This document shows, in pieces, positions 26,355 through 39,250 of a stretch of DNA of 64,000 bases. The first letter of the stretch is position 1. The number at the start of each line of letters is the position of its first letter. Made by a program: the position numbers and the translations under genes. The DNA is from Eledone cirrhosa (lineage: Eukaryota), in contig OZ024742.1 in NCBI GenBank assembly GCA_964016885.1, positions 275,094,001 through 275,158,000 on the forward strand. Direction: 5' to 3'. The notes under the pieces were generated by a model. The model searched no databases and had not been told where the DNA came from. It worked only from the letters and a program-made list of their open reading frames with translations.

Positions 26355-26835
26355 AAAGGAATTCCAATTTTGCCTGATTTACTCGTTTTATTTACAATCC
26401 TTTAAAATGTATAATGGTATTAGAATGAAATAGTATGGTAGAATATTAAATGTTAAGTGTTAATTGAACAATATAACTTTCATGCTTTCGCAATCTTCAG
26501 GTTTATATTCTGTGGTGACAGTCAAGTTTGCAATTTTTAACTGTTGAATTTTCATTTGTATGCTTTCCAGAAGTTTTGTTTTCTTATGTTAAGAAATTTT
26601 GTCCATGTCTTCCACTATATATAAGGCACAAAATTTACCCATCGCATTACAGTTGAAAATTGCAAACTTGACTGTCACCACAGAATATGAACCTGAATAT
26701 TGCGAAAGCATGAAAGTACTTGTTCAATTAACACTTAACATTTAATATTCTACCATAATATTTCATTCTAATACCATTATAATTTTAAAGGATTGTAAAT
26801 AAGACGAGTAATTCAGACGAAGTTGGAATTCCTTT
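26355..26835. mobile_element. Fold-back element (~190-bp arms, ~105-bp spacer) with HHR in each arm
   Basis: 26355-26544 is approximately the reverse complement of 26649-26835. HHRs at 26466-26504(-) and 26689-26725(+); consensus gaac CTGAAGA ttgc gaaa gcat GAAA gtac TT gttc. Confidence 0.85.
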
Positions 26836-26877
26836 TTATTAATATAATCTTCTATACACAATCATAAACACCCGTGT

Positions 26878-26965
<88 letters not shown>

Positions 26966-26967
<2 letters not shown>

Positions 26968-27359
26968 CACCTTGACCGACCAGTCTGTCGGGCGGCATTC
27001 GGCGCCGCTGGTCACAGCACGTGCTGTTTTAGCCATATGATGACGCCATCCCACTGGCTGGGCGGGCAGGCCGTAAGTCTCAAGTCTGTCTTAAGTCAGA
27101 AGGCTCATTTGGCCGGTGCTTATCCCGGTTTCATGGCGTGAAGCGACTGAGAGTACAAGACTCCCTCCTGGACAGAACGCCAGTCCATCGCAGGGTTAAA
27201 CCTCCAGCTATTGCTGGTACTCATTTTCAGCTGAGTAAACTTGAGCAACGTGAAATAATGTGTCTTGCTCAAGGGAACAACACCTCACCCAGTCCTAGAA
27301 TTGAACTCACAACCTTTCGATTGCAAGCCTACTGCTCTAACCACTAAGCAATGCGCCTT
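26966..27359 (-). mobile_element. tRNA-derived SINE (second family), ending at (TATC)n
   Basis: Minus-strand head aaggcgcattgcttagtggttagagcag...gagttcaattc (A/B boxes), then ccttgagcaagacac and aaatgagtaccagc SINE-body motifs. Confidence 0.8.
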
Positions 27360-27378
27360 CTATTTATCTATCTCTCTC

Positions 27379-27482
<104 letters not shown>

Positions 27483-27788
27483 CATTCATACTTACATTTA
27501 TGTATCAGCTGTGCTATAGCGAGAAATGAAATTCTAAATTTATTTTAAATTTTCAGCAAGGGCAGCCGCAACATGCTCGGTGTGCTAATGAGGCTACTCA
27601 GCTGATGTATTCTCTTCAGAAAATACTATATTCTTTCGACAGTTCAACCTATTGGCAGAGAGGCAAACAGTCCTTGATGCCAGTGTTGAACAAATGGATG
27701 AGGATTGGTCATCGGCACGGCAGAGCTTTTTCGGCCTGTTGTTCACGAACAAATCGAATATTATTATCAATGTTCGATATAAACCTTG

Positions 27789-27904
<116 letters not shown>

Positions 27905-28939
27905 TATGTAGGTATTTGTATAACAAGAAACAGCAGAGACGAAAATTCCAGAGATAACACTTTGCATGGATTTTATACACAAAATAGTATGTATTAATGC
28001 GAATACGACGTGCCTATAAAACCTTCAATCAACGGAGACTAGTCTCAAATTTCTAAGGCTAAATTTTGTTTAGAGGGATTCAAGAAAGCAAAAAACTATC
28101 AAACAAAGGACAGAACACATGAAATATGAGCTGGTCTAAGTGTTTAGGAATTGTTTAAAACACTGCAGTGGGACTGACCCTTCTTCATATACAAACTTGA
28201 TGAAAACATCGGACATCTTTCGATCGTATTATATCGCCTCTGCTATATCCTTACGGGTTCGATAAAATAATGCACCAGTAATGCACTGGGAAAATTGCTG
28301 GACTTGTGGCAAAAGTAGAAACAATTATCTCGCCTCTACTATGCATATTTCCTTACGTTAGAATTGTCTGATATTTATCTAGGAAAAAGGAATAAAATTA
28401 ACTGGTTATAAATATTTGACAATAAAGACTAGAGCCGTACGTAGTCAATAAAAATATATCTAATGATTAAAACGTTTACAAATTGTACAAAGAAGGACGC
28501 GTCCGATAATATTTTCCCGAATTTGCTATGCTTAGAAAAAACAAAGATGATCAGGGCTCAATGCTTTTGATAATAGACTCATAGAATTAAACAATAAAAG
28601 CGTGGATATGATACATATCTCTATAATACATGGTTTGCGAGGATTTCTAAAGATCGTTTCATGGTTCAGGTGCCGCTTTTTGAACCGGCTCTAGGACATT
28701 CCGAAATAAGTCCTCGCTTCAGTTTGGTGGTTCTGTTTGAGATATCACTGCCGCAGTGTTGCACTGTTCGTCTAGTGGGCATGTCTCTACTATTCTGTAT
28801 GAGCAGAGGGCTTTGGCGTTTGCTGGTGATGTGGGTTATACTGTTATTAGCACAGGAGCAGCCCATTTTCACTGTATGTCGATTGAATATCTGTCGTTAT
28901 TTATGGCCAGCTGGGAAGTTGGGGTCCAGGGTGGCTAGG

Positions 28940-30070
28940 AGTTTTCTACGTACATAAATGTTCACATTAAGTGCGGCAGCTGGTGCGAACAATATGACAT
29001 ATCTATGTCTAGATTTTTTCTTTCTATGGTGGTGATCTGAAGAGTAAGTGATTTTTTTTCAGAGAAGCCTCTGTTCCTTAATGCTGAATTATAGTAGGTG
29101 CTGCCGTATCAAATATGGCTTTGCTGGAGGAGAGGTTGGATAACTCCTTATTAATGTTATAGATAAGATTTAAAAGAACTATAGTGGGGTTGCCAGAGTC
29201 CTTGTAGATGTATCTAAGTTTCTCACTGCGTTTGTGGAATGGTCTGTAAGTGTAAATTAACGTCAAGAAAGTTAACATTGGTGTGGTGTGTGGCTATCGT
29301 AATACTTAATCCTAGTATGTTGAAGGTAGAGATCATGTTTATTTATCAATGTGACAAGGTCATGGCCACTTATATCGCTCGATAGTGTCGGATCATCATC
29401 GTGATATAGGCGGATATGGTTGTCAGGGAATTTAATATATATTGTGTCTAAATTGAATAGGCCAAACAAATCGCATATATCGGTGCTATCAAATAATCCC
29501 ATCGGCACATCGAATGGGTTGGTGATATTGGATTTCTTCATCCATGAGACGCCGTTGTTAACGCGGGTGGTTTCCTTGCAGTGGGATATGAGTAATCGGT
29601 CTAACTTGTCTATGTTGGTATACTTGCTAGCGAAATCAAGCAACGTATCCAGTAAGGACCTGGATATTAAGGGGTAAGAGTCAATAATGTAAAATTATGT
29701 AAACCTAGATTTCTTAGTGTGCATGAGGGCATTAATTTAATCTATAACTGTTTGACTATTATCCCACTGATTAATATTGAAATGATTTCTAATGGCTATA
29801 TGAAATGTCCTGTGTATGTCGTTAGTAACAGGTCCTAACTCCGTTTTAACAGGATTTATGAGTCCGCAAGTTGGTTTAATGATAAAGTCATATTTATGGA
29901 CCTTAAGCGTGATATGAGCCTACGCCTAGTAAGCTCTCTACCTTGTTATCTACTATAAGGATGGCAACAGTATACTTACACACAGTATCGATGACATAAT
30001 AGGTAGCATGGTCAGCCTTTTTGTATTTAGCCTATATGGTTTTGTTAAGAAGTTGATTATAGGTAGACTG
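28940..30070 (-). mobile_element. Heavily decayed PLE RT remnant
   Basis: ORF 29272-29643 (FDVPMG.FDSTDICDLFG..LYHDD) and ORF 29078-29278 (YRPFHK..LRYI..SGNP) are homologous to 15997-16746. Confidence 0.75.
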
Positions 30071-30287
30071 ATATAGTCCATACATGGCTTGACTGCTTTA
30101 GCTGCTGTCCGCACGAAACGAATTACATTCTAAATAAGTGGTATCGACCTGACTAACTAATTCTAATATCAAGGAATATATTTTCTTTGAACTACTAATT
30201 TGTATGTCAACTTAGCATACAATTTCCTATAACTGATATTTTGGAAGAGTTATCTCCCTTCATCCTATCTAATAATTTTGGTTATTA

Positions 30288-30475
30288 CGGTGGATTGGCA
30301 GTATCGGTAGAGAGTCGGACGCCATGCTTTCCAACATAGTTACGTCCCTTTGCGGTCTGAGTTCAAATCCCGCCGAGGTTAACTTTGCCATTCATCCTTA
30401 CGGGGTCGATAAAATATAGTACCAGTAATGTACTGGGTAATTGCTGGCCTTGTGCCAAAAGTAGAAACAATTATA
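30288..30475 (+). mobile_element. tRNA-derived SINE, fullest copy; partial copies at ~28247-28328(+), ~36900-36961(+), ~52240-52348(-)
   Basis: A-box-like tggcagtatcgg and B-box gagttcaaatcc; shared body and tail ...ccttgtgccaaaagtagaaacaattat. Confidence 0.8.
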
Positions 30476-30591
30476 TTGTTATCTATCCATTACTGAATAA
30501 AGTATAATAAAGCTATGGGGAAAATGTATAGTTGTTTACAGGTCCAAATAGTTAAATATCTTATGCTATTAATATACATTATATTATGTTA

Positions 30592-33500
30592 CTAGCAGAT
30601 TTACCCGGCGTTGCCCGGGGGTTGGTTTTAAATTATGCTAAGAATATACAGCTAGGAAGTATAAAAAAGAACATTATTTGTCCCCAACCTGTCAAAATAA
30701 GCAGAAGTCTTCAATAATCTATGCAAACGAATATTTAGTGCAAGCTTTGTACACATAAAACTATGCTGATAATGATGGAAAACACTGAACAGGATGTAGT
30801 TATACAAATGATTAAAGACAATACACGTTGCAAATCTGTAAAAAAACAGGCAGTTTTGCTAAAGTACAAAAAGTTGTAATGAAAGCAGAGTTGTATACAA
30901 ACAAAAAAAAAATGAGAGTAGAATAAGAGAAAATGTATTCTTTGAGAGCATCCTTTGCTGTGTATGGTTAAATTTTGAACTTATAATCCAAAATATCCTG
31001 CATGACATATTCATTGGTATCTTTTGTAATGAGTAAGGTGAAGTCAAGGCAGAGCTGTAATAAGTTTTTTTTGTTAACACTAAAGCACTTCAGGATAGAC
31101 GATATTCTTTGTTTTTCTTTTCGGAACAAACGCAAAGAGATTATCTCTACTGCCAACTCGTGAGCAGGCAACGTAGAATTATCCGTGCGAAAAGCAAGCA
31201 AGATTCATCCAAGTGAATTCCAGTGACGGACAGAGTTTGACCTTGCGACTTGTTTATGGACATCGCAAAGGCAACACGAAGGGGAAATTGGGTGATATTT
31301 CTCAGCAAAATAACTGGTGTTCCCTCTTTCAGAACCAATGTATTAGGAGGTAAACCGGGAGGATTTAAAGAATTTAGAAATTCAACTGGATAATTGACCG
31401 CATCCTGTGGATCACATACAGTATCAATAGATTTATATATCCGTGGACATCCAGGAAGAAGCTGAAGAAGCTGATCGTTAATACAGCTAACCGTGATATT
31501 TTTGGGTGCAAGAATGGCTCTTTCGCATAGCCAATCAAGATTCGTATAGTTATCACGCAAGTTCGGGAATACACTCGCCTTGAGATCATCGACAGTTTCA
31601 ACTACATTGCAGATGTGATCAATTGCTATGTGTCCATCTGTATCCAGTGGTAGGTTACCATCTCCTATTGTAAGAATGTCTCCAGAAAATGTTGATGACA
31701 GAGGGTCCCCATGCAACCTTGCACGCATGTTGGAAATTAGTCTTAATGATGTCACTTGTCGCCACAATGGTGAAGACTTAAGACATGCATTTACCGCATC
31801 TGCTCTTGTTCCTTTCGGTATTATAGGAAGAGTCTGTCTGAAGTCTCCTGATAGCAGAAGGGGGACCCTCCCCCCCCCCTGACATCACTGTAATCCGGTA
31901 TGTCTTGCAAAGACCTGTCTAGTACCTCAAGAGCACCTTTGTGCGCCATTGTGCACTCATCCCAAACAATAAGGTGACACCTTCGCAGCAGATGAGCCCT
32001 TTCGGAGTCTTTGGTGATATGACAAGTAGGAGTTTCCAGTTTTGCCAAATCAAGGGGCAATTTAAAAACTGAATGTGCCGTCCTTCCACCAGGGAGCAAA
32101 GTTGCTGCGATTCCAGAGGACGCAACTGCTATTGCTATGTCCTTATTCTATCTAACCTTTTCAAGAAGAAGTTTAGTCACGAAAGTTTTTCCTGTCCACC
32201 CTGGAGCATCGAGGACAAATATGCCACCTTTTTTTGAAATACCAATTCACTAATGGTGGTATAAGCCAGTCGCTGATCAGCTAGAAGTTTTGGCTCATTA
32301 TCTGTGACGTAGAGGCCGAGATCATGGATGTCATAAGAAGTCTCCTGTATGATATCTGTGGGAAGTTTGTTTGAGTCTGTGCGATGAGTTTCTGGTAAAT
32401 TGTAGTCACATAAAACCTTTCCTCCAATCAGAGCTAACTTGTCCTCAATATCAATGAGAGCTCTGTTGTATAATTCATTACTAAAGCCGACCTCTATTTC
32501 TGGAAGCAGCAATTGTGTTTGGTTTCTGTAGTCGTCTGTTAGTTCATCCCTATATTTCATCCACAAGGACAGAGGATCAGATAAGTTGCACGAGTGCAAA
32601 AGTACCGCAAATAAATTTCTTAGGCTGGCAGATGAATGTGAAAGAGCAACTTCCGCCATTGTTGCATCCCACTGCGAACCATCTTCCAGCAATGTACGCC
32701 TCAAACATGCCTTTGTGTATGTTGGAAGAACTTGTCCGTCTAACGTTCGGAGATCATCAAAGCAGGTAGGTCCTCTGACCTCATGTAGTAGCATGGGAAG
32801 ATGGAAGCACTCGTGTTGGTTTGGGGCCACAGTATAAACTCTGCCCAAGCACTCGTTGAACTTGATGCCTGGATAACCTTCGACACACTGTCCTGTTTTT
32901 CTTCGCTTCCATGTATTTTTGTCCCATCTATAGTAAGATGGGACTTGTGGATATAGTAAGGTTTTAGCAAATGGATCTTCTTGACATAGTTTAAAGAAAG
33001 CGGTAAGAGTAGTATCCTTTGGTTCTTGTGCTAACTGAGCAGCTGATGCATTCGTAAAATATACTCTCTGACCATTCTCCAGATGCACTTGAAGCTTTTG
33101 AACAGCAGGATGCCGTTGATGTATAAAAAATCCGAAAATCCGCTAGAACGCTTCATTAGAGCTAATTTATCTTCCTGTTTGGTACTGGGCCACTTCATCT
33201 CGGCTGTTTTCCCGAAGTAATCCAAACGTAGCAGCATCAGAGCCTTTATTAATGTACTTAATGTATTTTATAGATTTAATCGAATTAGAGTATTCTACGT
33301 TGATGTGTGCATCAAAAATCTTTATAAGGAGTGGATTATATGGAACAACCCATCTGTTGTAAACCTCATGTTTTCCAACCCTTGCTTTGAATTCACCAAC
33401 TTCGGGTCTTCTCCGGCGATATAGTGGGTATCAGTCATGACAAGTCTGAGTGTCAACATGGCTTATGAAAGTTTTAAAAATGTAAAAGTTGTAGGCCCCA

Positions 33501-33992
33501 ATGGTTTGAAGGGAAAATCCCATAACGATTGTTCTAAAAATAAACAAACCATCATCAAAATCTCGTCAATTCGAGACTGCTGCGAGATTAGGCCCTAACG
33601 CGAAAATTAACACTTAATATAGTGAAACAAGTTAAAATAACAAGTGTTTTTTTAACTTTGAAAGTGCAACAAAGAATAAACAACAAGAAACAAACGATAA
33701 TATTAGTGATTTATCTTCAAATGAATCTGATGTTTATATTTCTGTCAATATAAGGATTGTCAATAAAGTTGGTTATCTCCCTTACATCAATTTTGCTACC
33801 GATAATTTTGATATCGATTTTTCATTGCTCTACGTGGGTCGATTTGAAAAATGTTTGTGATGTGACCATCTAAGCGACCTGCGCAACGTGCACAGAAAAT
33901 TTGGTCAAATTCGGTTGGTAATTGTAAAAGCCTTAGGTATCCAAAGTTGTACACAGACACACACACATACTCTCTTTTATATATATAGAAGA
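30592..33992 (-). mobile_element. Internally deleted Helitron
   Basis: Minus strand starts a|TC(ttctatatatataaaa) and ends in hairpin cccgg-gcaacg-ccggg ... CTAG|t. Pif1 helicase/Rep-linker fragments: HLENGQRVYF..TTLTAFF, LPGGRTAHSVFKLP, IVWDECTM, ERAILAPKN, QFPLRVAFAMSINKSQGQT. Frameshifted; most of Rep missing. Confidence 0.93.
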
Positions 33993-34083
33993 TAGAAGTT
34001 AAGTGAATCCCATATATATAATGCTATTAATTTATATATTTAATTATAAATATAATTTATTTTCTTATACTACATTAAGTGTC

Positions 34084-34690
34084 TTTCCTTGTGCATATTA
34101 ACGGCTGAGCAGCCTAATTTGCATATCGAGTGAGTTTATTCGGCCGGCCGCACCGATACGTACATATATATATGTGTACATGTATGTATATATATATACA
34201 TACTACTGTACGTCTGTATACTTATATGTATGTACGTGTACATACATACTTACATTTAAGTAACTGCCGTACTAAGAGTGAGAAGTGAAATTTCGTTTCA
34301 TTTTTTCTATTTATCATTTTCGGTGCGCCCGACCGAATAAACTCACTCGATATGCAAATTAGGCTGCTCAGCCGTTAATATGCATAAGGAAAGTATATAC
34401 TTTCAGACGTTCAATTATCTGGCAGAAAGGTATACGATGCTGACGATAGCTAATAGGCTTGAAACTAGTACATCGTTCCTTTGTCCGTGTTGACCAAAAG
34501 GGCAACGATGGTTGCTAAATACTGTACTGCTTCATTCGGGCTGTTTGTTTACAAAGAAACCGAACATTATAATAAATGTTGGGTAAACCGATACGTACAT
34601 ATATATATGTGTACATCTATGTATATATATACATACTACTGAACGTCTGTATACATATATGTATGTACGTGTATATACATACTTACATAT
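34084..34690 (+). mobile_element. Non-coding HHR-bearing element: ~435-bp unit with ~100-bp terminal redundancy and inverted 5' segment
   Basis: 34152-34255 is repeated at 34587-34690. 34084-34156 is approximately the reverse complement of 34320-34393. One HHR lies inside. Confidence 0.75.
34434..34476 (+). ncRNA. Intact minimal type I hammerhead ribozyme
   Basis: acgatg CTGACGA tagc taatag gctt GAAA ctag TA catcgt: 6-bp stem I, palindromic stem III, GUA site. Confidence 0.88.
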
Positions 34691-34879
34691 ATATATGTAT
34701 ATATATATATACATATATATATATACATATATATATATACATATATATATATATGTATATATATGTATATATATATACATATATATATGTATATATATAT
34801 ATATATGTATATATATATAATATAATTTAATGAGTCCCCAGTGTCCGCGCATTGCCTGGAGACTTGGCTGAGAATAGAC

Positions 34880-34959
34880 CTCCCTGATGACGCAATGAAA
34901 TTCTCAACAGTTCATTACGTAACTGTCTTTATCCCATTGCAGAAACTAATTAGTTGGAG
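34880..34959 (+). ncRNA. Type I hammerhead ribozyme, unit 1
   Basis: ctcc CTGATGA c gcaatg [37 nt] cattgc a GAAA ctaattag TT ggag; predicted cleavage after 34955. Confidence 0.85.
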
Positions 34960-35434
34960 TGAAAATTTAAGAAAGTAAGTTAATTTTAAAAAAAAATTTT
35001 TTTAAAGTTTTCTTATTTTACGTCTTTTATATTATTGTTCTGCATCCTCCTGCATTGAACCACCTAGGTACTATGACATAACCTGTGTATTTGCTGCCAT
35101 TGGCGTACATCTGTGCGCTTATGTTAGTAGATATATTAAATTATCTATATTTATCTCCAAATCACTGATTTGTCGAGCAAACCTGCCAAAACCACTTCTA
35201 AATTTTTGGGGGGTGTTAGTAGGCGTCTGTCATCTTACCATCCCATTCCTACTGACTAGCCTCTGTGTCACGTGATTGATTCTTTAGAATCGGCCATATG
35301 ACCAGTAGCAGTGAGAATTTTCAGTACCTGGAATCCAGTCCTCGATAGCTGTTCCATTTACCGAATTATTATTATTATTTTTATATGAGTCCCCAGTGTC
35401 CGCGCATTGCCTGGAGACTTGGCTGAGAATAGAC

Positions 35435-35514
35435 CTCCCTGATGACGCAATGAAATTCTCAACAGTTCATTACGTAACTGTCTTTATCCCATTGCAGAAA
35501 CTAATTAGTTGGAG
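35435..35514 (+). ncRNA. Type I hammerhead ribozyme, unit 2
   Basis: Identical to 34880-34959, offset 555 bp. Confidence 0.85.
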
Positions 35515-35989
35515 TGAAAATTTAAGAAAGTAAGTTAATTTTTAAAAAAGATTTTTTTAAAGTTTTCTTATTTTACGTCTTTTATATTATTGTTCTGCAT
35601 CCTCCTGCATTGAACCACCTAGGTACTATGACATAACCTGTGTATTTGCTGCCATTGGCGTACATCTGTGCGCTTATGTTAGTAGATATATTAAATTATC
35701 TATATTTATCTCCAAATCACTGATTTGTCGAGCAAACCTGCCAAAACCACTTCTAAATTTTTTGGGGGTGTTAGTAGGCGTCTGTCATCTTACCATCCCA
35801 TTCCTACTGACTAGCCTCTGTGTCACGTGATTGATTCTTTAGAATCGGCCATATGACCAGTAGCAGTGAGAATTTTCAGTACCTGGAATCCAGTCCTCGA
35901 TAGCTGTTCCATTTACCGAATTATTATTATTATTTTTATATGAGTCCCCAGTGTCCGCGCATTGCCTGGAGACTTGGCTGAGAATAGAC

Positions 35990-36069
35990 CTCCCTGATGA
36001 CGCAATGAAATTCTCAACAGTTCATTACGTAACTGACTTTATCCCATTGCAGAAACTAATTAGTTGGAG
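35990..36069 (+). ncRNA. Type I hammerhead ribozyme, unit 3
   Basis: Same motif, with one substitution in the stem II loop. Confidence 0.85.
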
Positions 36070-36128
36070 TGAAAATTTAAGTAAGTTAATTTTTAAAAAA
36101 ATGTTTTTTTAAGTTTTCTTACTTTACG

Positions 36129-36159
<31 letters not shown>

Positions 36160-36345
36160 CATACATATCCATACACATATACACACATATATACACACAT
36201 ACACTCATATATATATATATACATATATTTGCATACAAAAACATACACATGCACATATATATATATATATGTAAATGTTTGTGCATGTGTGTGTGTGTTT
36301 GTATGTAAATATATGTATATATATATGAGTGTATGTGTGTATATA

Positions 36346-36386
<41 letters not shown>

Positions 36387-36499
36387 TAGCTGGTCCGTCC
36401 GGCTGGCGCTCGGCTACCATTGGCGTGTTCTACGGCATCAAGATATATATATATATATAGCTAACGTACCTATACTATACAGATGATAAGCCATCTGTA

Positions 36500-36722
36500 T
36501 AGTATAGTATGACTGTTGAATACATATAGTATAGTACTGTTGAAAATATATATTATAGTATAGTATTACTCTTGAAAATATATAGTACAGTATTACTTTT
36601 GAAAATATATAGTATAGCATTACTGTTGAAAATATATAGTATAGTATTACTGTTGAAAATATATAGTACAGTATTACTGTTGAAAATATATAGTATAGTA
36701 CAGTATTACTGTTGAAAATATG
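36500..36722. repeat. ~27-bp minisatellite (tatagtatagtattactgttgaaaata), ~8 copies
   Basis: Visible periodic repeat, preceded by the hairpin ctatactatacagatg-ataagc-catctgtatagtatag. Confidence 0.85.
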
Positions 36723-36774
36723 TACACGAATATATATATATATATATATAATTAATTAAAAGTTGGTTAGAAGT

Positions 36775-37065
36775 GAAGTCAATGCAGACAGGCACACATA
36801 CAGACAGATATTATAAGAGCGCTACGTTATAGCTATGTATCTATCTAAAAAGACATAGTAAGAAAGAGAGAGGAATGTCGTATTATATATATTATATATA
36901 ATAAAGTACAAGTAATGTACTGGGATAATTGCTGTCCTTGTGCCAAAAGTATAAACAATTATACTGCTTTTTTATAAACTGTAAATAACATGTTTATGTA
37001 TGTATATATACGTATAAAGGAATGGTGTAATAAAATGTACAAATTAAACTGTCTGTTATTTATGA

Positions 37066-37123
<58 letters not shown>

Positions 37124-37290
37124 TATATATATATATACATATATACATATATACACACACACACTGATAACGAAGTCAATGTATAGAATGATTTTCGTAA
37201 TGCAGACAGCAAGACATACAGACAGATATTAAAAGGGCGCGACGTTATAGCTACGTATCTATGTAAAAAGACAGACTAAGAAAGAGAGAA
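36775..37290. repeat. Diverged ~95-bp direct repeat pair (36775-36871; 37199-37289)
   Basis: aatgcagacag..catacagacagatatt..acgttatagcta.gtatctat.taaaaagaca..taagaaagagaga in both copies. Confidence 0.7.
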
Positions 37291-37488
37291 ATCGCTAACC
37301 GGAAGTGTTGACATTTGAACATTTTAAAGAAGTGTATATTTAAATAAACAATAAAGTATTTTTAATCTTTTAATGAAATTTAGTAGAAAAAAAAACAGCT
37401 CACTTTCTTACTTTGAAAAAGTTACATCTATGGTGCAAATTTGGTGCTGTTTGGCGAAAAGTTTGTTACATACATACGGCCGTCAGCT

Positions 37489-37564
<76 letters not shown>

Positions 37565-37567
<3 letters not shown>

Positions 37568-39056
37568 AGTGAACAATAACATGTTCAACAGTACAAAAAG
37601 AGGTTTTATTTACAGTCTCAACAATTGTTTCACTGATTAAGTTGTCTAAACATTGCTGAACACTTGAAGCTGTGCCAGTCAATTTTAAATACGTTGTTAG
37701 TTTAACCAGATCATCAGAAGAACTGATAAAAACTGTTAAAATTATGCTCAGTGTCTAAGAATTCAAATTACAACAAATTTACAACAAAATTACTACGAAT
37801 TCAAATTAATAAAGAGAGAGAGAAAAAAAAGAGACAGAAAAAAAGAGAAAAAAGAAAAAAGAAAAAAGAAAAAAGAAAAAAGAAAAAAACGAATAGTATA
37901 TAGACAAAAAATGCAGAAGAAAAAACAGAAAAAAAGAAAAAGAAGAGAAAGGGATGAAAAAAAAAGATAAAAGATAAAGAAACAGAAAAAATAAAAATAA
38001 AAATAAAGAGAAAAAACTATGTCAGCAACAATAAATGAATTAATGTTAATGAACAAGTTACATCGAGGATGATAAAAAAACAATACAATATGTCATAAAA
38101 AATGTTTATATTTGCGAAGAAAAGTAATCATAGTATGCTTATTGAGTGTAGTTGTGGTGTTGGTGATTAAAATATAGAGATATGATGGTATAAACATGAA
38201 AATATTAAATATATTCATGTATGTATTAATAAATTAATTAAATAATTAATTAATTATTTAATTAATTGTAAGTTATATTAGAAGTGAAAATAATACGATA
38301 AGATATAATGTAAGAGATGAAATAAATTTAGGGAAAGATAGAAAATAAAAGAGAGAAAACATAAAATATAAACGGTTATGATGTTGGTTCATTGACAGTT
38401 CATGACAATAATAATAATAATGATAATAGGTTATTATAATAGATTCAGGAGGTACACAATTTGAATTATGGAATAGATGGGATGAATTAAGTTGGTCTGA
38501 AATTATCGAATTTGCTGGCCGTTTTATGCCTACAGAAAATTGTTCGTTCAATTTTGCTGTTAAGTAGCATTTTGTTATATATAAAATATGAAATAATTCC
38601 ATATTACAAAGTCCACAATGGCACATGCCAATTCTATAGGCAATTGCCGTTGACAATTTCACCCAGCTAATTCTATATTCGCGGTTTGTATCTTTGAGCT
38701 GCCAGATTTTATTGGCGAGCGTCGTTGTGTTCATAAACTTCCGGTTATTTATAGAATGACTGTGGGCATACCACCTTTTTTTAAACTCTGTAGTGCCATG
38801 CTAAGTTGCCTGAATTTATAGTACACTATATTTGACTCCAGTCATCTATTTTGTAATGGGCATTTATCACGCAAATGACAGTTACATTTTGATGTTTTCC
38901 TATGTGCCGGTTCCGCGATACGGCTTTGTGTGTTGTTATATATTGGCTGAGAATTGGGTTTGTTGAAGTATTGTCGTGATGTGATCTGACGTGTGTTTGG
39001 TTGTGATGATCTTATGTGTTTGTGTTTTAGATTTGGTGTTATGGTGCTTGTTTGCA
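37565..39056 (-). mobile_element. 5'-truncated PLE (GIY-YIG end + 3' UTR)
   Basis: CNC..C..CPLQNRC..VY at ~38820-38890; TTLANKIWQLKD..CGLCNME in ORF 38273-38734; HHR near the 3' end. Confidence 0.8.
37613..37725 (-). ncRNA. Hammerhead ribozyme with long stem II insertion
   Basis: cagttctt CTGATGA t ctggttaa [~60 nt] ttaatcag t GAAA caattg TT gagactg. Confidence 0.75.
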
Positions 39057-39066
39057 GACTATTTTG

Positions 39067-39125
<59 letters not shown>

Positions 39126-39160
39126 ATATATAAATATGTATATATATATGTATATATATA

Positions 39161-39250
<90 letters not shown>

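Larger units (their letters stand above)
34831..36134 (+). repeat. 555-bp head-to-tail tandem array (2.35 units), one HHR per unit; retrozyme-like
   Basis: Units start at 34831, 35386 and 35941 and are near-identical. No ORF. Flanked by (TA)n. Confidence 0.95.

Noticed and set aside
27285-27359. tRNA-like A/B box sequence as a tRNA gene
   Set aside because: Continues into a SINE body and lacks a convincing cloverleaf.
31147-33237. Host PIF1 helicase gene
   Set aside because: Frameshifted, intronless and enclosed by Helitron termini.
34831-36722. Tandem arrays as possible CRISPR
   Set aside because: No unique spacers, no cas genes, eukaryotic context; the units are contiguous repeats.
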